This document shows, in pieces, positions 48,631 to 55,417 of a stretch of 55,417 nucleotides of DNA. The notes beneath the pieces were generated by a model that worked only from the letters and a program-made list of their open reading frames with translations, searched no databases and was not told where the DNA came from. Origin of the DNA: Actinomycetes bacterium (lineage in GTDB: Bacteria > Actinomycetota > Actinomycetes > S36-B12 > UBA5976); contig JBAXKB010000006.1 of the NCBI GenBank assembly GCA_037137575.1, positions 1-55,417 on the forward strand, in the 5' to 3' direction. The first letter of the stretch is position 1. Every line of letters starts with the position of its first letter. A program made the position numbers and the translations under genes.

Positions 48631-49745
48631 TGAGAATTAGTGCACTCGGGCTTGCTAACTTTCGTAGCCATGAGTTGCTGCAAATTGAGCTAGCCGCAGG
48701 AACCACAAGCATCGTTGGCCGCAATGGGCTAGGTAAGACCAACATAATTGAGGCAATTCACTACAGCGCAACATTAGACAGCCATCGGGTGGCCCAAGAT
48801 GCACCCTTGATCCGCCACGATTGTGCCAGTGCTTTTCTAGAAGTTACGGCGCAAAAACATGGCCGCGTGGCGAAAGTGGCCGTAACAATAAATCGCGATA
48901 AAGCAAATGTTGTCGAACTTAATGGCAGTTCAGTTCGCCGCCCGCGTGATGTCGTCGGTGTTATCCAAGTTGTTATCTTTTCACCCGAGGATCTTGATTT
49001 AGTTAAAAATGAACCGGCCGTTAGACGCAGATTCTTAGATGACTTCTTGATGTTGCAGTCACCGCGGATGGCAGATATTAAACAAGATTATGAACGTGCG
49101 CTTAAGCAACGCAACAGCCTATTAAAATCAGCGGGCCGGCGCACACTTAGCGAAACAGCGCGCAACACATTAGTTGCCTGGGACGAGCAACTAATTAACT
49201 ATGGCGCCGAGTTAGTTTTGGCCCGCCTAAAGGCGATTGAAGCGCTCTTACCGCACGTGCGAGAATTTGGAAACGTTATTAGTGGCACAACCGAACCAAT
49301 CATGGCCAGCTATCAGTCAAGTTGGCTAATCGAACAAACGCAAAGTTTAACGAGCATCAGCGAGCAATTACGCGATGCGCTCGCAACTAGACATAACGAA
49401 GAGATTGATCGCGGATTGACTCTGTCTGGACCACATCGGGACGATTTGATGCTGGAATTAGCCAATGCGCCAGTGCGTAACTATGCCTCACATGGGCAGT
49501 CTTGGTCGGTTGCAATTGCCCTACGCATGGCAACTTTTGCTGTGCTGCGCGAACATGATTCAGATCCAGTGCTAATTCTTGATGATGTTTTTGCAGAACT
49601 TGATGCAAAGCGTCGCGCTCGGCTAGTTGCTACGATCGCCGATGTAGAACAGACAATTATTACCGTTGCTGATGTTCAGGATGTACCGACAGATTTAGCC
49701 GGTGTGCAATATTGGCTTGAAGATGCAGCGGCCCATGTTGAATAA
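48630..49745 (+). CDS. recF: DNA replication/repair protein RecF
   Basis: GRNGLGKTN, GPHRDD, SHGQ and LILDDVFAELD. Confidence 0.97.
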   Translation: MRISALGLANFRSHELLQIELAAGTTSIVGRNGLGKTNIIEAIHYSATLDSHRVAQDAPLIRHDCASAFLEVTAQKHGRVAKVAVTINRDKANVVELNGSSVRRPRDVVGVIQVVIFSPEDLDLVKNEPAVRRRFLDDFLMLQSPRMADIKQDYERALKQRNSLLKSAGRRTLSETARNTLVAWDEQLINYGAELVLARLKAIEALLPHVREFGNVISGTTEPIMASYQSSWLIEQTQSLTSISEQLRDALATRHNEEIDRGLTLSGPHRDDLMLELANAPVRNYASHGQSWSVAIALRMATFAVLREHDSDPVLILDDVFAELDAKRRARLVATIADVEQTIITVADVQDVPTDLAGVQYWLEDAAAHVE

Positions 49746-50244
49746 CGAGCAGCACGATTTTTTGAAGTCAATCCTGACGCGGGCGCGACTACGTAAAGGG
49801 ATTCCGTCAAGGGCGATACCAACATTTAATCGTGTTGTTGATGAGCAGCGAAGTGGAGCTGGCCCTGATGTTCGAGACCCAGCGCAGCTCTCCATGCTTG
49901 TTGATCACCTGATTGTGGCTAGGGGTTGGGACCTAAATATCACTGCGGGCAAGTTACATGCAATGTGGCCACAATTGGCCGGTGAGCAAGTTGCAGATCA
50001 TGTGCAGATCGAAACTTTGAATTTGGATCCAAGTGGTACCTCTGGGGTATTAATTTTGCGCGCTGACTCAACAGCATGGGCAACACAAATGCGACTCTAC
50101 ATTCCTAAAATTGTGCAAACTTTAGCCGATGAGTTTGGCGCTGGTGTAGTGACCGATATCCAAGTTCTCGGACCTAGCGCACCCTCTTGGAAACACGGCC
50201 TGCGAAGTGTGCCAGGACGTGGACCGCGAGACACATATGGGTAG
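49735..50244 (+). CDS. dciA: DciA/DUF721 protein
   Basis: WPQLAGEQVADH, DSTAWATQMR and GRGPRDTYG. Confidence 0.9.
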   Translation: MLNNEQHDFLKSILTRARLRKGIPSRAIPTFNRVVDEQRSGAGPDVRDPAQLSMLVDHLIVARGWDLNITAGKLHAMWPQLAGEQVADHVQIETLNLDPSGTSGVLILRADSTAWATQMRLYIPKIVQTLADEFGAGVVTDIQVLGPSAPSWKHGLRSVPGRGPRDTYG

Positions 50245-50307
50245 TGAGTTTGGTCCTTTTTTTGACCTAAAAACCGATAGGATTGAGGTACTCAAACACA
50301 GATAAAA

Positions 50308-50349
50308 AGTGGGAAATATAGCCGCCGGAAATCGTGTGTTTTTCCCACT
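50308..50349 (+). other. Stem-loop in the gyrB 5' leader
   Basis: AGTGGGAAA / TTTCCCACT inverted repeat between a TAGGAT -10-like hexamer and the gyrB RBS. Confidence 0.45.
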
Positions 50350-50366
50350 AACTGGAAGGTCTACTA

Positions 50367-52334
50367 GTGTCATATGACGCCAGTGCCATCCAGGTCCTTG
50401 AGGGCCTGGATGCTGTTCGTAAACGCCCCGGAATGTACATCGGTTCAACCGGTGAGCGCGGCTTACACCACTTGGTTTATGAAGTTGTCGACAACTCTGT
50501 TGACGAAGCACTAGCAGGACATTGCGATCACATCGATGTAACAATCCTGGCCGATGGCGCAGTGCGCGTTATCGACAATGGCCGCGGTATTCCAGTGGAT
50601 ATTGTCCCGTCTGAGGGCAAACCAGCTGTTGAAGTGGTTTTAACCGTTCTGCACGCGGGTGGCAAGTTTGGCGGCGGCGGTTACGCAGTCTCCGGTGGCC
50701 TGCACGGCGTCGGTGTATCAGTAGTTAACGCGCTCTCAACCAACGTTGATGTTGAGGTTAAACGCGAGGGAGCAATCTGGACTCAGTCGTACAAACACGG
50801 CGTCCCAGTGGCCCCACTGGCTAAAGGTGGCAAAACGCTTACAACTGGTACCGCAGTCACTTTCTGGGCCGATGGCGACATTTTTGAAACGCTGCACTAC
50901 GACTTCGATACTTTAGCTAGGCGCTTCCAGGAGATGGCATTTCTAAATCGAGGATTAACGCTTACTTTGACTGATGAGCGGGCTACAACTTATGCAGCCA
51001 CTGACGAGCGCGGCGAAGAAATAATTGAAAGCGGAAACCGCAGCGTCAGTTACTTTTATGAGGGCGGCATTGCGGATTTTGTTCGCCATCTCAACTCAAC
51101 TAAAGTTGCGGCTCATGCTGAGGTAATCGAAATTGCATCTGAGGACGACGAGCGTGGCTTGAGTGCTGAGTTGGCTTTGCAGTGGAGTAACAGTTACACC
51201 GAATCTGTTTACACTTTTGCAAACACCATTAACACAATTGAAGGTGGAACTCACGAAGAAGGTTTTCGCGCAGCAATGACCACATTGGTCAATAAGTTTG
51301 CTCGCGAGTGGAACATCTTGAAGGAAAAGGACACAAACCTTTCTGGTGAAGATGTGCGTGAAGGTTTAACCGCAATTGTTTCGATTAAACTTCGCGAACC
51401 ACAGTTTGAAGGTCAGACAAAAACTAAATTGGGCAACACGGAAGCCAAAGCATTCGTCCAAAAAGTAGTCAATGAACAACTGGGTGCCTGGTTTGAAAAG
51501 AACCCCAGTGAAGGTAAAGAAATCGCGCGCAAATCTGTGCAGGCAGCAACGGCTCGACTAGCAGCTCGTAAAGCACGTGATTTAGCGCGTAACCGTAAGG
51601 GGCTACTCGGCAGTAGTGGTTTGCCTGGCAAACTAAAAGATTGCTCGAGCACCGAACCCGCAGAATGTGAAGTATTCATCGTAGAAGGTGACTCAGCGGG
51701 TGGCTCTGCTGGCCAGGGCCGCGATCCACGCACACAAGCGATTTTGCCAATTCGTGGAAAAATCCTGAACGTTGAAAAAACTCGGGTTGATAAAGTGCTA
51801 GCGAACACTGAAGTACAGTCGCTAATTTCGGCATTCGGTACCGGAATTCAGGATGAATACGACATCAACAAATTGCGTTATCACAAAGTGGTTTTGATGG
51901 CTGATGCTGATGTTGATGGTCAGCACATCCGCACGCTACTTTTAACATTTTTATTCCGCTACATGCGCCCGCTTGTTGATGGCGGCTACGTGTACCTCGC
52001 GCAACCACCACTTTTCAAAATCAAGTGGTCGCGCGAAGCTCCGGCTTATGCCTACAGCGACCGTGAGCGTGATGCAATTGTTGAAGCGGGATTAGCTGCC
52101 GGTAAGAAACTTCGAACTGAAGATATTCAGCGCTACAAGGGACTTGGCGAAATGAACGCTGAAGAGTTGTGGGAAACCACAATGGATCCACAGCGCCGAG
52201 TGTTACTTCAAGTTTCTGTTGACGATGCTGCGCAAGCAGATCAATTGTTCTCGACCCTCATGGGTGAAGATGTCGAAAGTCGCCGCAACTTCATTCAACG
52301 CAATGCTCGCGACGTACGCTTTTTGGATATCTAA
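50367..52334 (+). CDS. gyrB: DNA gyrase subunit B
   Basis: [32 protein letters not shown] and RYKGLGEM. Confidence 0.98.
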   Translation: MSYDASAIQVLEGLDAVRKRPGMYIGSTGERGLHHLVYEVVDNSVDEALAGHCDHIDVTILADGAVRVIDNGRGIPVDIVPSEGKPAVEVVLTVLHAGGKFGGGGYAVSGGLHGVGVSVVNALSTNVDVEVKREGAIWTQSYKHGVPVAPLAKGGKTLTTGTAVTFWADGDIFETLHYDFDTLARRFQEMAFLNRGLTLTLTDERATTYAATDERGEEIIESGNRSVSYFYEGGIADFVRHLNSTKVAAHAEVIEIASEDDERGLSAELALQWSNSYTESVYTFANTINTIEGGTHEEGFRAAMTTLVNKFAREWNILKEKDTNLSGEDVREGLTAIVSIKLREPQFEGQTKTKLGNTEAKAFVQKVVNEQLGAWFEKNPSEGKEIARKSVQAATARLAARKARDLARNRKGLLGSSGLPGKLKDCSSTEPAECEVFIVEGDSAGGSAGQGRDPRTQAILPIRGKILNVEKTRVDKVLANTEVQSLISAFGTGIQDEYDINKLRYHKVVLMADADVDGQHIRTLLLTFLFRYMRPLVDGGYVYLAQPPLFKIKWSREAPAYAYSDRERDAIVEAGLAAGKKLRTEDIQRYKGLGEMNAEELWETTMDPQRRVLLQVSVDDAAQADQLFSTLMGEDVESRRNFIQRNARDVRFLDI

Positions 52335-54898
52335 TGACTGAAATTTCCGAAACAAACGACCACATCGAAATTGTTGATCTGCATGTAGAAATGCAGCGCT
52401 CTTACCTCGACTATGCAATGAGTGTGATCGTCTCGCGCGCACTTCCGGATGTTCGCGATGGCCTCAAGCCTGTGCACCGACGCGTTATTTACGCGATGTA
52501 CGACGGCGGCTATCGCCCAGACCGATCATTTAATAAGAGTGCTCGCGTTGTTGGTGAAGTTATGGGCCAGTATCACCCACATGGTGACAGCGCGATTTAT
52601 GACACATTGGTTCGCCTGACCCAAAGTTGGTCACTGCGGTATCCACTTGCACAGGGCCAGGGCAACTTTGGTTCCCCTGGTAACGATTCACCAGCTGCGG
52701 CGCGTTACACCGAAGCGCGTTTGGCGCCGTTAGCCATGGAGATGGTTCGTGACATCGATCAAGACACGGTTGATTTCACGCCGAACTACGACGGAAAGAA
52801 TCTTGAACCCACAGTTCTGCCAGCACGCTTTCCAAACCTGCTCGTAAACGGCTCGTCAGGCATCGCTGTTGGTATGGCCACCAACATCCCGCCACACAAT
52901 TTGCGTGAAGTAGCCGCTGGTGTTCAGTGGTCGCTGGAAAACCCGCAAGCTAGCCGGGAAGAATTACTTGAAGCATTAATGGAACGCATTAGCGGACCCG
53001 ATTTCCCAACTGGCGCACTAATTGTTGGTCGCCGTGGCATTCAAGATGCACAGCGCACTGGCCGTGGCTCAATAACCATGCGCGCCGTAACGGAAATCAC
53101 CGAAGATAAGCGTGGACGTACCGTAATCGTAATTACTGAACTTCCGTACCAAGTCAATCCGGATAATTTGATTTCCCGAATCGCTGAACTGCATGACCAG
53201 GGCAAGATCACTGGCATCGCAGACATCATTGATGAAACAAGTAGCCGAACTGGTATGCGCATTGTTGTTGTGCTTAAGCGCGACGCGGTAGCAAAGGTTG
53301 TGCTGAACAATCTATTCAAACAAACGCAGCTACAAGATAATTTTGGCGCCAACATGTTGGCTCTTGTTGATGGAGTGCCACGCACTCTTTCAGTTGATGC
53401 ATTTGTTTCAAACTGGATTACACATCAGATTGAAGTGATTCAACGCCGCACAGCGTATCGCTTACGTATTGCGCAAGAGCGCGTCCACATTTTGATTGGT
53501 TTGCTAAAAGCTATTGATCGCATTGACGAAGTTATCGCGTTGATTCGTGGTTCTGCGTCTGCATCCACAGCGCAACAAGGCTTGCAAGACCTGCTTGAGA
53601 TTGATGAAATTCAAGCACAAGCAATCCTTGACATGCAGTTGCGTAAGTTGGCTGCTTTGGAACGCGGTGAATTGCAAAATCAACACGACAAATTGATGAA
53701 CGAAATCGCTGACTATGAAGATATTTTGGGCAGCATTGTTCGACAGCGCTCCATTGTTAGTGAAGAGCTTGCTGAAATCGTTGCCAAGTTTGGTGATGAG
53801 CGACGTTCACAAATTGTGGCCGATGAAAATGATGTGACGAACGAAGACCTAATCGTCAATGAGCCGGTTGTAGTGACTATTACTGCTGACGGTTACGTAA
53901 AGCGAACCAAGGCTGGCTTGTACCGGGCCCAACGTCGCGGTGGCCGCGGAGTTAAGGGCGCGGCACTTAAGCAAGATGATGTTGTTGCACACTTCTTTGT
54001 GACAACTACGCACAATTGGATTTTGTTCTTCACTACTCGTGGCCGGGTTTTCCGCGTTAAAGCCTACGAACTTACTGAAGCTGGTCGCGATGCTCGTGGA
54101 CAGCATGTAGCGAACTTGTTGCAACTGGCTCCGGATGAAGAGATTGCTCAGGTACTCGATCTGAAGAACTACGAGCAGGCGCCTTACTTGGTTTTGGCCA
54201 CCCGTGGCGGAACAGTGAAGAAAACTCGTTTAACCGAATACGATTCGCCGCGAAGTACCGGCTTAATCGCTATCAATCTACGCGATGACGACAGTTTGGT
54301 TAGTGCGCAACTTGTTAGTGCGCAAGATGATGTAATTCTGGTTACCAAACTTGGTTACTCGGTACGCTTCCATGCATCAGACGATACGTTGCGCCCTATG
54401 GGTCGTTCCGCGACTGGCGTTATCGGTATTCGCTTCAAGAGCGCTGATGATTATTTGCTGTCACTCGAAGTTGCACTGGAAGATGATTACCTAGTAACAG
54501 TCACCGATGGTGGTTGGGTAAAACGAACTCAACTGTCCGAATGGAATGCAAAGGGTCGTGGCACTCAAGGTGTTCGGGCTATGCGCTTGGTTGAAAGACG
54601 TGGCGGACTAGCTGGCGCACTTGTTTGCAAGGGCGACGATGAACTTTTTGCAATCGCTTCAAATGGTGTGGTTATCCGCACTCGCGTGGATGAGATTCGC
54701 GCTGCCGGTCGAGACACCATGGGTGTTTCATTGATGAAGGTTGCTGAAGAAGACCAGGTAGTTGCTGTTGCTCGCTCATCAGCTGCCTCTTTGGCGCTAC
54801 TCGATGAACTGGCACTAGATGAGCCGGCAGTTGATGAAGTAACCGAAACCGACGGTGAAGTTGCCACGGAAGTAGTCGTAGAAGGTGAATCAAGCTAA
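52334..54898 (+). CDS. gyrA: DNA gyrase subunit A
   Basis: [18 protein letters not shown] and GyrA-box QRRGGRG. Confidence 0.98.
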   Translation: MTEISETNDHIEIVDLHVEMQRSYLDYAMSVIVSRALPDVRDGLKPVHRRVIYAMYDGGYRPDRSFNKSARVVGEVMGQYHPHGDSAIYDTLVRLTQSWSLRYPLAQGQGNFGSPGNDSPAAARYTEARLAPLAMEMVRDIDQDTVDFTPNYDGKNLEPTVLPARFPNLLVNGSSGIAVGMATNIPPHNLREVAAGVQWSLENPQASREELLEALMERISGPDFPTGALIVGRRGIQDAQRTGRGSITMRAVTEITEDKRGRTVIVITELPYQVNPDNLISRIAELHDQGKITGIADIIDETSSRTGMRIVVVLKRDAVAKVVLNNLFKQTQLQDNFGANMLALVDGVPRTLSVDAFVSNWITHQIEVIQRRTAYRLRIAQERVHILIGLLKAIDRIDEVIALIRGSASASTAQQGLQDLLEIDEIQAQAILDMQLRKLAALERGELQNQHDKLMNEIADYEDILGSIVRQRSIVSEELAEIVAKFGDERRSQIVADENDVTNEDLIVNEPVVVTITADGYVKRTKAGLYRAQRRGGRGVKGAALKQDDVVAHFFVTTTHNWILFFTTRGRVFRVKAYELTEAGRDARGQHVANLLQLAPDEEIAQVLDLKNYEQAPYLVLATRGGTVKKTRLTEYDSPRSTGLIAINLRDDDSLVSAQLVSAQDDVILVTKLGYSVRFHASDDTLRPMGRSATGVIGIRFKSADDYLLSLEVALEDDYLVTVTDGGWVKRTQLSEWNAKGRGTQGVRAMRLVERRGGLAGALVCKGDDELFAIASNGVVIRTRVDEIRAAGRDTMGVSLMKVAEEDQVVAVARSSAASLALLDELALDEPAVDEVTETDGEVATEVVVEGESS

Positions 54899-55302
54899 TG
54901 TCAGCAGTCGATGAGAGCAGCGCCGTAGCGATTGATTCTGTAGAAACTCGCAAAGTACGGATTACTCGCCTAGATCCTTGGTCAGTTGCTAAATCATCGT
55001 TCATGCTTGGCGTTACCATCGCTGGGGTTATTATCGTGGCGACTATTGTGCTGTGGCTTTTGTTGTCGGCTGCTGGGGTATTTGAGGCTGTGAGTGGGTT
55101 ATTCCAGTCGGTATCGGGTAACCGCGATTCAGGAGTCAGCTTTTTATCGCTTGGTCGGCTAGTGGGCTTATCCATGGTTATTTCGGCTATTGAGATTGTG
55201 TTGCTCAGTGTCCTTTCGGTAATTTTCGCGGTGTTGTATAACCTCAGCGTCGGATTTACGGGCGGAATTGAAGTCAGTGTTACCGACAGTGCGGCAAAGT
55301 AA
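54898..55302 (+). CDS. DUF3566 membrane protein (Rv0007-like)
   Basis: ITRLDPWSVAK, two TM segments, LYNLS..FTGGIEV and position after gyrA. Confidence 0.9.
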   Translation: MSAVDESSAVAIDSVETRKVRITRLDPWSVAKSSFMLGVTIAGVIIVATIVLWLLLSAAGVFEAVSGLFQSVSGNRDSGVSFLSLGRLVGLSMVISAIEIVLLSVLSVIFAVLYNLSVGFTGGIEVSVTDSAAK

Positions 55303-55395
55303 CGCCTCAATTTTGGGCGAAACGTAAAATTGCGGTAATCTCGTGTTTCGCGTTAAAAATTTCGACAAGTCAGACCTAAAACTAAATAAGTACGA

Positions 55396-55417
55396 GGGCC
55401 GATAGCTGAACGTGGTT
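55396..55417 (+). tRNA. 5' fragment of a tRNA (tRNA-Ile expected by synteny), truncated by the window end
   Basis: GGGCCGA-TA-GCTG-AACGTGGTT fits acceptor stem, U8A9 and a D-arm with GG. The anticodon is outside the window. Confidence 0.55.

Noticed and set aside
50367-54898. Possible inteins or introns in gyrB/gyrA
   Set aside because: Lengths and motifs are normal, with no intein or homing-endonuclease signatures.
54672-55310. 212-aa antisense ORF
   Set aside because: It is a shadow of gyrA and DUF3566.

Overview
This window is the chromosomal replication-origin region of an actinomycete. The GC content looks low for the phylum (roughly half, judged by eye) and the genes are tightly packed, which suggests a streamlined, possibly freshwater Nanopelagicales-like lineage (inference). 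About 10-55 kb is conserved core: fhaA-fhaB-pstP-rodA-pbpA-pknB, trpG, crgA, ppiA, rpsF-ssb-rpsR-rplI, nfo-femX-alr-like, ponA, padR-ino1, cca, murJ, trxBA, cwlM, parAB with three parS sites, rsmG-jag-yidC-yidD-rnpA-rpmH, dnaA-oriC-dnaN-recF-dciA-gyrB-gyrA and the 5' end of a tRNA. The first ~10 kb is accessory: a probable beta-1,3-glucan (laminarin) utilisation locus (two GH16, ABC importer, GH1, LacI) followed by uncharacterised secreted proteins. The most interesting signals are a non-lipidated substrate-binding protein and a secreted GH16 that both carry Cys-bracketed Lys-rich loops, a leader with mutually exclusive pairings before the first secreted-protein gene, a perfect CRP-type site plus DnaA boxes between convergent genes, and rearranged gene order around oriC. 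No mobile elements, CRISPR arrays or rRNA were seen.
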